From Eledone cirrhosa (Eukaryota), in NCBI GenBank assembly GCA_964016885.1, contig OZ024740.1, positions 103,478,001 through 103,542,000 on the forward strand: a stretch of 64,000 bases of DNA, written 5' to 3'. Shown here one piece after another: positions 27,656 to 39,535 of this stretch; the stretch's first letter is position 1; each line of letters begins with the position of its first letter. Under the pieces are notes generated by a model, which saw only the letters and a program-made list of their open reading frames with translations, was not told where the DNA came from and made no database searches. Position numbers and translations under genes: made by a program.

Positions 27656-28179
27656 ATACATCCATTTGACTATCTCTCACTCTACAATTGCAAAAACTAA
27701 GCAATATTATATAAGACTTCTATCTACTTTTCTGTTTATTCATTTCTGTCTTATGAGCCTATCCCTCAACAATTGCGAAAGGTAAACGATGTTGCATTAG
27801 CTTTCAATCTATCTATCTGTCCCTCCATTTTTGTGCCTGTCTATTGATTTACACTATACCTGTAGGACTATTTATATCTCTGCCTGTCTATCGCTATATA
27901 CATACGTCAATTTAACAAACAAAATATGCTATCTTTAAGATACTATGTTCGCACTAGTGTGATATCATCACCGTTTAATCTATTATCTATGCTTGCATGG
28001 GTTAGACAGATTGTCATGTTATGACGCCAAACATTTTGCTCATACAATCCAATTTCGTTTGCTGGGAGGCGGGGTAATAGCATCAACACTACCACCTTAC
28101 AGGGTGGATTGGATGCTTTTTTTTTTTTGTCATGGCACTAGCATGAGGATATTATTATGGTTCGAGATGGGGCATGCCA

Positions 28180-28430
28180 AAGAAGTTATGATAGGAGTGG
28201 ATTTGAATGGACATGTGGGAAGGAATGTGGATTGTTTTGAGGGAGTCCAAGGAGGCTACAGTGAGTGTGAGAAATGAAGAGAACAAGAGGATTTTGAAGT
28301 TTATTGATGATGCTGAGGTATCAACTTGTGACACCTAATTCTAGAAAGAAGACAACACATTCATTGTGTACACATCAGAGGGGTTGTCATCAACTGTCAA
28401 CTACCTGATGGTACGTGGGCAAGATAGGAG
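28180..28430 (+). mobile_element. Degenerate RTE endonuclease fragment
   Basis: GVDLNGHVG...FEGVQGGY. Confidence 0.6.
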
Positions 28431-30883
28431 GAACACTTATCACCGAAACCAACGGAGGTCCATTCCACTAACTGAATATGCCAAGCAAGAGAATTTCTTT
28501 TCCAGCTAAATGATGGCTTGTCTTGAGTATAAAAAAACTTAGCTTTTTTTTTTTTTCAAACAAAAACAACGTAGTGCACACCACACATACACCTATAATA
28601 TACTATACCACTATAAACTGCAACTTTTGAACATCCACATCTGTGAACTTTACTGTTTACTTGATCGATTGTAATCTATTCCATTATTATTTTTTAAGCC
28701 TATATAAATAAAACTATGTTGCTTTACCCTATTAAATGTTCCAGCCGAGAAGTTGAGGCCATGCTGGAGCACCGCATACTTTACAGTGTTTTAATGTACT
28801 GTGTTTATTTTTGATGTTTTTACCAACATTCTTTTAAGATACACGCGCCTCACTCATAACCCAACATTGTTTCAGATCCATATAACGTGGTCTTGGCTAT
28901 GATAAACACGCTTAAGGAGGGAGCCCCGTTCAGCGGGTGTCTGGCCATTCTCCGCAGTAACACTTTTGCCATTTTGTAGTGACTGTCCCTCCCATCTCCC
29001 TTTCTTTTGTTGCTTGATCCTTCTTTCTTTTTCTTCCCCCAGTACAATCGTGCCATAATTCTTGACGCAATATTTGTTTTTTTTTATGTATTTCTCTTCT
29101 TCAACTCTACTTTAATTAAACTACTTAACTCTTGATAAACATATATTACAATATTATTGGAAATGAATGTGCATATTTCAGAAGGTCACTTTGCTCATCC
29201 TAAATTTGGGATTTCTGTACACCTAGTTTCCAAAACCTGTTTAACAAATTAGACAATTCTTGCGTACTAGGATTGCTTTTAAATTAAAAGAAACAGTTTC
29301 ATGCTTTTTAATGGGAGAGAAATAAATTCCTTCGTCTGTATTATATCCCTGTTCTGTCAATAAATACGAACACAGCAACGTAATGTGCCAATGATATTTT
29401 GACAAAAACTAATGTGTAAATACTCATTCTACTCAAAAACCATCAACATAGTATATTTTGAGGAAACCACTTAAAATTGCTAAGTAGAGAGGAGGTGGGG
29501 AAAATTTCCAATATAGTTTTTTTTTTGGGGGGGGGGGGGGATAAACATGAGAAGGAAGAAATGATATAAAGTGGAAGAAAAACAAAAGATGGGGAGAAAA
29601 GAAGATGAGAGCAGGGGTGGGATGAATGTAGAGTGATAGGATAGGGAGAGAAAGAGAGGCTGGAGTAGGAGGAAAGCTAATGAAATAGTTAATGGATGAC
29701 TAGGGTGCGTGTGTGTTAGATGAGTGAAGTAGTTATTGTGTGAGAGAAATATGTGTAAAAGGAAATTTAGAATAAAAAACAAAACGCGCACCCAAAATCA
29801 GAAAAATATATACATAATATAAAAATCTTTACAAATGAATTTATCACATATCTAAATTGCTTTTATCAAAACAGGCAAGATGTATGTTAAAATGAATTTA
29901 ATAAACCAACAAAAAAATGTCTTCACTTCAACTATATCAATTAAAGCATGACATGTTAAGATTTTAATTGCTGCGTAGACAAGACATCACATGTCTGTTA
30001 CTTAGAGTCTGTCTCTGGGAGTGAGGAAGGTTTTAAAGGTAAAAATTAATCAATTAAAATATAGAAATGGTGTTAAAAGAATCCTGGGTTATTGATTCTG
30101 CTGCTGCTGCAGGATAAAAGATAAGGGAAAAGAGAGAAAAACTGCGATGTTGTCATTATTACTATTATTATTATGTCAGTTTAGTATGCCTGACTATGAG
30201 GCAAAAGATAGACTTTAAAATATACTGACAAACAACACAGGCATTCCAAGCCATGAAACAAGTTTTAAAAATGGTTTAATATATACATGTGTGTGTGTGT
30301 ATAATATATATAATTTACAGGTTTGGTTGCACAAAAACGAAAAAAAAAACTCAATCCAAGAGAGTTTATATATATATATCAAAATCGAAAAAGGACTCAA
30401 TAAAAATTATATATATATATATATATATTGCCCGATTCTATTCTCACATTAAAACTGCTTAACTTATGAAAGATGCATGAATGTCAAAACTCCCTCTATA
30501 TATAAAATATATAACTGTTTTAAAAGACGCATGTAATTTGTATGTGTGTAATAAAAACGAAACTCGCATTACAACTTATTGTTTCCTTCAGATGGCTAGA
30601 ATTTAAAAAAAGGCTGACGGTTTTAAAAACTTGTTAAAAATCTCTTAAAGCGATTTTAAAAGATATATTTAAAACCATTCTGCATCTTTCATATCAAATT
30701 ATATTCGTTTAATTTTTTCTTGTTTTTGTTTTGTTTTGCTCGTTTACAGAAAATGTTCGTATCTTTGTGGTCAGTTAATATTGGTTGTATATATCTAATA
30801 TATATTTAAATACGTGCGTGTGTGTTTGTATCGTTTTACTTGACTATTTGCTGTGGCTCGAAGTTTCATCACTCACCACTTAC

Positions 30884-30995
30884 CTCTCAGAGATTTCAGA
30901 CCAGCCTGGCTAATTCCATGTTTACTGAGGAACAAGATGAGTGCATCGGTGTTAAAATGTTTAACTTGCTGTACACTGACATCAACGGAAGCCAT
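30884..30995 (-). CDS. Coding exon 1 of SAM-domain protein (MASVDVSVQQVKHFNTDALILFLSKHGISQAGLKSLR)
   Basis: accATGG Kozak context, G|gtaagt donor, phase 1 matches the exon at 23768 and completes the SAM domain; upstream acceptor cttacag gives exon start 31040. Confidence 0.85.
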
Positions 30996-32637
30996 GGTCA
31001 ATGTAAAACTGGAAGCAAGTTCATTCACAGCCGATAAGATCTGTAAGAATGTTCCGTACTTGGTTATTAACCAACCACACTTTTATTAACCAACCGCAAT
31101 TTTATTTTCTGTATTGACCAGCCTAATGCCACCACCAGCACAACACACTGATTTCTCATGACACAAACATGACCCTACTAGAAAGGAACATGTTGTGGTG
31201 TTGCTGTTACTAACATTCTTGTTAAACTTGTCCTACATTAAATGTTTCACAGTGTAGCTGGCTACACTCTTCCTCTCACTTCTAATTTTTAACCAACGAA
31301 ATAACCCGATTTCCTCCACCTCTTTACCTTTTCTTGACCTGTTAAAAATAAATTCCTCATTACTTCTTGTTATAGTTGTTTTAATTACTTTCTTCACCAA
31401 CCTCTCACCTATTTTAACATTTTTGTTTTCATTTTGTTCTTTCTTTTAATCTTTTTTCTCTCTTCCCCCTCTTCTCTGTTTCCATATCTCTCCCTTCTCT
31501 CTTTTCCACTCTCTTCTCCATTTTATCCCCTTTCTCACTTTCCTCTAACTACCATTTCACACTCCTGTCTCCCAACTATATTCATTTCATTTCCCCTCCA
31601 CATATATAAGATCATTAAAATGAGTTCCATCATGAAATGATTCACCTTTTATTTATTTGCTGTTGTCTCCTCCCACTTTCTGGGAAGTGAGTTTCAAGAG
31701 ATGCAGTTTGGAAACAAAGAGAGTAAGGAATTGATGTGACGGCATGAGGGGAGAAAGAGAATAGATAGATACTTGCATATCGAGTGAGATAGAGAGAAAG
31801 GGGAGTGATTATGAGGTAGAAACAGCAAGTATGGAGATAATTAATGCGTGTTAGAAATGGAGCAGTGGAATATACAGAGAAATGTTAATGAATAGGGAAG
31901 TTAAATGAGGAAGACAGAGTATATGTGTGTTATATAAGAGGAGAAAAACTAAGAAAGTATGAAGAGATGGTAGAGTGAAGGGAAAAAAAGGCAGAGTGAA
32001 ATGATATGAGAGTGAGAGAGCGGGGAATATATGAGAAGTGAGGCAAAGAAAAGTGTATGAAGAGAAAAGAAAGTAACAGTAATATAGTATAGAGGGAGAA
32101 ACACGACAAAGAAGGTATGAGTGAAGGAGCAATATGAGGAGAAGGCAGAGAGAAAGAGAAACAGTCAAGCAGACGGGGGGTGCGGTCATTAAATTTCTGT
32201 TAAAATTAGGACAAGAGATCAGTGTTTAAGTGCGTGTGTAAGAGTAGGATGGCAGCCTATGAAAAATGACAGCCACCGCTGCTGATAATATGATTACTAG
32301 TAGTAGAAGTATAGTATATAGCTGCTGCTGTTACTGCTATTGATGCAGCAGGACATTATTATTATTGCAATTGCGACTGCAAGACTTAATATTTTATAAC
32401 ATTCTTCCGCTTACTTGACACGTTATTCTTTCTCTTTTTTTAGCCCCTCTCTCTCTCATGTCATCTACCTATCTATCACCACCCTTTTGCCTCTCTTTCC
32501 CTCTGCCCCACCCTCTCTCTGTTATCTACCTATCTATCACCACCCTGTTTTTCTCTTTCTATGACATTTCCATTTTGTCAGACTATTTTCCCAACTAATT
32601 CTCTCTCTCTCTCTCTATGTATGTATATATTTCTGGA

Positions 32638-32672
<35 letters not shown>

Positions 32673-32853
32673 GTGTGTGTGTGTGAGCCGTTATGTGCTA
32701 GTATGTAAGCGATTATCTATGTGTGAGAATTGTGAGTATCACAGCTAGTAGAATGTGCAAGCATCAGACACTTTTATTTACAGGGAATGTCAACAACACA
32801 AATCTCTGGTTTTTATGCACGTATCAGTCTATTAAAATGTTTTCACGAACTGT

Positions 32854-32864
32854 CCGCCATTTTG
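32854..32864 (-). promoter_or_regulatory. YY1-type motif CAAAATGGCGG, candidate promoter/first exon of the SAM gene
   Basis: Matches YY1 consensus in sense orientation 1.8 kb upstream of the first coding exon; no transcript data. Confidence 0.3.
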
Positions 32865-32961
32865 AAGTGCTCAGTCAAGAGAATAACCGGTATTTCAGAG
32901 ATAATTGGGAAGCGTTCCTTATAAGTGTAATGTATATATATATATATATATATATAGATGA

Positions 32962-33010
32962 GATTCTACAGGACTAGAACTGTTTCATTCATTAGAAATC
33001 ATCAGGAATC
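32962..33010 (-). ncRNA. Mirror-copy hammerhead motif on the opposite strand
   Basis: Exact inverted duplicate of 33014-33062; stem I 5 bp. Confidence 0.7.
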
Positions 33011-33011
33011 A

Positions 33012-33064
33012 GAGATTCCTGATGATTTCTAATGAATGAAACAGTTCTAGTCCTGTAGAATCTC
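33012..33064 (+). ncRNA. Type I hammerhead ribozyme motif (Penelope-like)
   Basis: Stem I GAGATTC/GAATCTC, CTGATGA 33019-33025, stem II TTC/GAA, GAAA 33038-33041, stem III ACAG/CTGT with loop containing CTAG, GTA triplet ending 33057. Confidence 0.75.
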
Positions 33065-33503
33065 ATCTATATTAAAACTTTTATACTCTGCTATGTATTG
33101 AGTACCTTACTTACTGTGGTTACCTCCGATTCAACCCGGAATAACGTATATATATATATATATATATGCGTGTGTGCGTGTATATATATATATATATGTG
33201 TGTATTTTTTAAGGGGGAACAGGACAAAAACAACGGAAAGACGGACAGTTCCATCTCGTCAGTCAACCTCTGAAAATCACTACGGTTTCGGTTCATTAAG
33301 ATCGATACTATTTATTCCAGTGCACATTGGGACATAAAAAAACTGGTAGAGACAAGTCATACCATTAGGTAAATTACACAAATATAGAGTGTGCAAGGGC
33401 TTAGCCAAAGGAGAAAAATATAGAAAGGGGAAGAATAGTAAAACAGACTATTGTCCAACGTGCAGACAAAGAAGGACACTAAGGCATAGAAAAGGTAAGA
33501 AGG

Positions 33504-33542
<39 letters not shown>

Positions 33543-33584
33543 ACAAAGAAGGACACTAAGGCATAGAAAAGGTAAGAAGGGAAT

Positions 33585-35045
33585 CATCATCATCATCATC
33601 ATCATCATTTTACGTCCGCTTTTCCCTGCTTGCAAGGGTGGGACGGGTCTTATTCAGCACAGCATCTCTCCACTCGTCACGGTCCCTCGTCATCTCCACC
33701 GTGAGCTTCAATGATCTGAGGTCTGTTCTCACCACCTCCGCCCATGTTTTTCGTGGTCTACCTCTACCACGTCTTCCTTCAACTGGCATTTCCTGGCACT
33801 TCTTCACCCATCGGTCATCCTCCATGCGCATCACATGTCCATACCACCTCAGTCTCCTCTCCCGTACACTACATTCTATCCCTCTCAGACACAGTTTCTC
33901 TCTCAACACATTTATGCTGGGTCGTTCACGCACATTTACACTGCACATCCAACGGAGCATGCTTGCCTCATTTCTCTCCAGCCGTCGCATATCTTCTGCG
34001 GTAGCTGCCCATGTCTCACTACCATGCAGCATCGCGCTCCTCACACAGGCATCATAATAACCGGCCTTTCGTACGCAGGGAGAAACCCTTCTTCGTCAAC
34101 AGAGGAAGCAGCTCCCTAAACTTCTTCCAACCCGTCCTTATTCTAGATACTATGGCCTCGGAACACCCTCCTCCCATGCTAATCTGATCTCCTAGGTACC
34201 GGAAGCTATCCACCACTTCTATAGCGCCCTCTCGCATTTGAAAAATGTGTCTATCAGTGCGACTTCTACTGTCTAATTTCCCTGTACATCTACTGCATAC
34301 ATATTTCTCCCTACCTGTTAGTTTGCCTGCTATCCCGCTACATCTCTTGTGTACCCAGGACCTACATTGTGTGCATTTTATAGAATTTATGCCAGTTCCT
34401 TTTCTGCATATCGAACATGGCCATTTCCCTGACGGAATCAGGGTTTTGTCCTCTTTTCTACTCATCAACACTTTTGTCTTAGCTAGATTTACTCTCAGTC
34501 CTCTTGCTTCCAACTGCTGTTTCCATAGCCGGAATTTATTCTCTAGCTCCTCTACTGATTCTGCCATAAGAGCCAGATCGTCAGCATAGAGAAGTTCCCA
34601 TGGACAGCCAGTCTTAAACTCCTCTGTTATGGCTTGGAGGACTATAATGAACAAGAGCGGGCTGAGGACCGAACCCTGATGTACTCCTACTTGTATCTGG
34701 AATTCCTCACTAAACTCCATTCCTACCCTGACTTTACTGAGAGTACCTCTGTACAAAGTTTGCACTGTCCTTACAAGCCATTCCTCAACACCCAGCTTCC
34801 TTAGGGACCACCAGATGACAGATCGGGGTACCCTATCAAAGGCCTTCTCTAGGTCAACAAAGGCTAAGTATAGTGGCTTATTCTTCTCTAAGAACCTCTC
34901 TTGCATTTGTCTCACCAAGAAGAGGGCATCTGTTGTACTCTTCCCAGGCACAAAACCAAACTGCATCTCATCTAGTTTGACCCTTTCTCTAATTAGTTGT
35001 GCTAGAATCCTTTCTGCCACTTTCATAACCTGATCTATCAGTTTT
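33585..35045 (-). mobile_element. RTE-clade LINE (family B), 5'-truncated, RT interrupted by a single frameshift
   Basis: ORFs 34052-35026 and 33610-34044 join with a 1-nt correction; (GAT)n tail. Confidence 0.95.
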
Positions 35046-35216
35046 ATATATATATATATATATACATTTAGGTTTGTTGGTTCACCACTGGATAGAACTT
35101 GAGAGCAGCCAACCGGACTGGAAACTGCTAAATGTTTGGCCGCCCTCTCGTCTCTCAGCCTTTTCAGTTTTCAGCCCCATGGATTGTGTCTATTATATTC
35201 CTTTGTTAAATTTCGA

Positions 35217-35274
35217 ATACCCGATGATGTCACCGGATTCATACTGAACCCGGTCATTGAAATGTTCATAGTAT
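35217..35274 (+). ncRNA. Degenerate type I hammerhead motif (CCGATGA core variant)
   Basis: Stem I ATAC/GTAT, CCGATGA, stem II GTcACCGG/CCGGTcAT, GAAA, stem III ATG/CAT, ATA triplet. Confidence 0.55.
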
Positions 35275-35384
35275 AATAAACCTTTAAGGAATTACACCAG
35301 TCCAGCCTCTTGTTATTTTATATATATATATATAATATTATTATTATTCACCTACCTTCGGCCCTTGTGGCCAATAAATGAAAT

Positions 35385-36240
35385 CATTATTATTCACCTA
35401 CTTATTCCTGAGAGAGTCGTGGGGACTGAGTCTTCCAATGGGTCCTGTCAAAAGCAACTGTCTTCAACTCATCTGACTGGATCCCTAAGTGAAACCAGCC
35501 AAGTTCATGGATGTTATCCAACCATCTTGCTCGATTCTACTCATGGGTCTCATGCCAGTTGGATTTGCCTGTAAATCTGTCCAATGATTATTTCCCGAGA
35601 CATTCTAACCTCATACCAATAGTATCAGAGCTATGATCTCTCATTTCAGAGAAGTAGCGGCTCGACTTGGAGTGACTCTCTGATCTCCAAGCTATGCACT
35701 CTATCAAGTAACATTACTCCAAAGACCTTTCAGAAAAAAACCCATTTCAGCCAATTGTATTTGCAATCATATTCTTTCAGTCATTACCCAAGATTCATGG
35801 CCATAAGTAAGGGTTGGCACGAATACTGCATTGAAGAGAGCAAGTTTGACTTTTACACCTACCTCTCTTCTTCTGATTACTGAATGCACCACCTCCTGCA
35901 ATTCTTGCACTTAATTCAGCCTCCTTCCTTCTATTAATTGTGAACATGGTCCTAAGATACTTGAACTTCTCCACCTGCTTCAATGGAACTCCATTCACAT
36001 GTAGAGTGCACTGCACAGGCTTCCTTGAGAGGACAAGGCCATCCGGCACCACACAAAGCCTCTTTTGCTTTCACAAACTGCTGAGCTGAACAATCTCCAC
36101 TTTGTCTCAACGTCCTCAGTTTGTTCAGGAAGTTCTCTGAATTTGGATGCAATAGTATTTGCATACCTGGCCCTGACTTCCTTATCCACTAATGCTTCCC
36201 ACATATCCCAAGACCCCAAAGAGGATTCAAAAGTGAGCAA
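35385..36240 (-). mobile_element. Degenerate RTE-like LINE (family C), 3' part with internal deletion
   Basis: LKQVEKFKYL and LTYGHESW-like remnants. Confidence 0.7.
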
Positions 36241-36249
36241 ACCTTAGAT

Positions 36250-36935
36250 TTGGATGGGAGATAGAGACTCCAATATTCAGGTGGTACCAGAAATGACTGC
36301 ACAGATGGGAGTGGGGATACTCACAAGCCCCTGGTTGTCCGAATGAATTATGGACTGGATCCCATTATGAGAGAGGATTTGCCTCTTGAAGCTTAGGTTA
36401 GGTGATGCAAGTTTATGCATCAAACAAGGTGTCCAAATATAGGTCCTTTGATTAAGTCACTGCAACATTAGATGTAGTTCAGACTGAGTCATATAGCCTA
36501 ATGGGAGACTTCAATGTACATGTTGGCAGTGACCACCTGACATGGAAAGGAGTGACCGGAAGAAATGGCGACTCCAATCTAAATACAAATGGAGAGGCCT
36601 TATTAGACTTCTGTTCTAGCAATTATCTCTCTATTATGAACACCTTCTTCCAGCACAGAGACATCCATAAATATACATGGTATAAGGGGAATCAGGGACA
36701 GAGATCAATAATTGATTTTGTTATTGTCTCTGATCTCTTCAATTCCATGCTGTATGTTTGTATTAAGAGATAGGCTGAGCTGTTAACTGATCACTATCTT
36801 GTTATCTGTAACATGAGACTACCTAAAGCCAAAGAAGCCCACAAAACCTACAGGTCCACTTCAACCTACTGAATAAAGCAAGAAGTACTGGAAGATAACG
36901 AAGTCAGGAACAGGTATGCAAATACTATTGCTCCT
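36250..36935 (+). mobile_element. RTE-like LINE AP-endonuclease fragment
   Basis: GVGIL, MGDFNVHVG, NGEALLDFC, NTFFQHRDIHKYTW, IDFVIV, TDHYLV motifs. Confidence 0.85.
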
Positions 36936-38322
36936 TGAGCAAACTGAGGTAGCACCAAATTTTATTTATTTAAAAAATTATAAGTGTTTTGCATTAGAAA
37001 TATGGTAATGAAAGTGTCCAATGGCTGAACCGTAACATGATCACTGACCTGCTAGAATCATCAGCAAAATCTCCTTCAAACCATGATACATACATACACA
37101 AGTTATGAATGAGAATGTGAAAGCTAAAGCATGACTTGCAAGCCCCAATATTAGATCTAAACTTGACGCTTTTATCAGTGGTTTTATTGAACAGTTCTTT
37201 AATGTCAGATGGTGCTCCAGTATGGCTACAGTATAGAACTTGTAGCAGTAGCCTCCCTTGTTGTGACTCACAACCCCAATAGATTAACAACATCTAGACG
37301 GGAAGTAGAACCCTTTCTGTAACTTCCGGTCAGAACCCTATAAAACTAACAACTTTAAGTTCTCACTCTCATTTGCCCTTCCGGCGCCTGGCCTTCGCCA
37401 GGCGTCTTCTGCCAGCCGCGTTTGCCTGGCAATTAAAACGGTAACTACTAACTTTGCTTCATTCTATCATCTATTTCTTTGACATGTCAACTATACTGTT
37501 AAATTGTTAATTAAATATTATACACACAAACCATGTCTCCTTGTTACATTCATACACGCTAGTTCTTCGCTATAAACTCAAGAACAGGTCATGGACTTCT
37601 TGGAGCCACGTACAGATGATGGACTGTTGTGTATCTGCAACAGTGAAACATCATCACTTTCATAATTTCAACATTCAGAAAGTGTGGTATAGGTTGGAAA
37701 AGTTTTTAGGTCATCGCCTTTGAGAGGTGTAATTGGGTAAGGTCGGCTTTTATCACCTCATCCCAGGTCTTCTTGGGTCTCCCCACTCCATGAATATTGT
37801 TAACTGTTCAATATTGAAAAAAATATGAATTTTCCTTTTTAAGTGATAGTGACATTTTACAAGCCAGCAGGCCTTTGAATTGATCATATAACATCCAGTT
37901 GATCGGTGTTTATGTATTTGGTAATGACAGGGTAAATATCAGCAACATATGCAATAAATCAATAATTTGAATGACTCCTCCTACATATGTGTACAAAGCA
38001 TCACTGCTTTTAAGGTTGTACTTAACTCAATTAAGTAGTTAAACTATTGTTAATAGTTAAATAGTTTGCATTAACCTAATAAATACATATTGATTTTAAC
38101 AACTTGAATTTGACTGAACAAATACTTCTAACTGAAATATTGAATTACTTTAAAAGCAGGTTCACTCTCTGCTTACTCTACCTCTTTCCAAGAGATAGTT
38201 GAATTTTCTATATACAAAACAAAGCAAAAAACAAAAACAGGTTGCAGCTATTACAATGCTATACACAATGTATACACCAGTCAATCTATCAGACATCAGA
38301 ACAACTTTAGCATTCTACAATA

Positions 38323-38845
38323 TCTATATATAATATAAAAGAAAGATGTTTATTCATTGGTTAGTTTGTTGGTTGAATCACACGGAAACCACACACACAC
38401 ACAAATACATACACACATCTAAAGAGAGAGATAGGTCGTTATACAGAGAGAGATACAATTAAAGTTGGATATTCAGAGACAGAGTAACGTCCCACAAAAG
38501 TCTACAAAAGGCTTAAACTATAGATCCGTTGATCTATAGGAAGGTTTAACAATATTGCGTTAGCTTTTATAAATTCGTTTTAGTCTTTGATTTTACAGAA
38601 CAAAAAAAAAATTGATACGATTTGAAATTAATTTACCCTCCAGCTTTTATCCATATACTACTTAAGAGACCTTACCAACAAAGCTAAACACTTCAGAAGC
38701 AATGTTATGCGGTATTTTGCTGCGTTTCAGATGATGTCCTTTGGAGCTGAAAAAGATCATACTGACTATGGTTATTTCACATTTAAAATCCAAGGCCAAT
38801 GCTACCATTTAATCAGCAGTTTACTCCCCCAGCCTAATAAGGAAT
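38323..38845 (+). mobile_element. Helitron remnant with 5' TC end and Rep-Hel N-terminal fragment
   Basis: TCTATATATAATATAAAA start; peptide AAFQMMSFGA...TFKIQGQCYHLISSLLP resembles the Helitron 'FQMTSFGA..TFKIQGQxYHxIGSLLP' block. Confidence 0.75.
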
Positions 38846-39535
38846 TTTTTTTTTATGTCTCACACACACACACACATTCTCACATGGTTATTGAGGTAGC
38901 TATGACATGATCACAGCTTAAAACACCCTTAGTGAGACTTATGTATGTTTGATACATAAATATATTGTATATGCTTTCATATATACCACTGTTATGAATC
39001 ACACTATATAAGTGTTACTGCTAATACCAGTCCATCAAGCTTGCACTGTATGCCAGTAAGCTCATCTAGCAGATGTTTCATATGCAAAATCCATACTACA
39101 TGAAGGAGATGACACAGGATCAAGTTGACTGGCAATATGCTTTACCACAGAAGACTCACTGTCGAACACGAGTAGAATGAAACACAAATGGGACCAATGG
39201 TAACAAAGAAGTAGAGATGCAACAACATTTAGGTCCTCTCTGCCAATATATTATGAATTTCCAAATAAACATTCCCACCGGTCACCTTAGTCTTCCCCCT
39301 TGCACACTTGATTTGCTCCCCCTCTACCAAATCTCCAGCTTTAGTTGTCACCTCACTTACCTAATTTCCCTTCCTTCACTATCTAAGCCCCTAGGGCACC
39401 TTAGTCTTCCCTCCATTCACATTCATGATATATTCGCTCATAGATACATCGGTTGAGGAATCTATATCTGTGTATATGCATAAATTTACTATATAAGCAT
39501 GTGTTCTCATCCGTTTAACTTCAGTTTGTCCTGAA

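Larger units (their letters stand above)
25441..27830. repeat. Degenerate ~90-120 bp tandem repeat (TCTATC-rich..ACAATT..AGTAAAC..TAAGACTT) split by MITE and RTE
   Basis: Units at 25441-25737 resume at 27656-27830. Confidence 0.65.
32952..33146 (+). mobile_element. Penelope-like terminal fragment with inverted 5' duplication, inserted in (TA)n
   Basis: 59-bp perfect inverted repeat containing hammerheads, plus ~74-bp tail; (TA)n on both sides. Confidence 0.6.

Noticed and set aside
31328-31338. 11-nt microexon-like ag|GTCAAGAAAAG|gtaaag on the minus strand
   Set aside because: Would be 5' UTR and can arise by chance; no supporting evidence
33240-33300. Minus-strand CGAAACCGTAG ... CTGACGAG hammerhead-like words
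   Set aside because: Order and stems do not close into a type I, II or III fold; at most a scrambled PLE remnant
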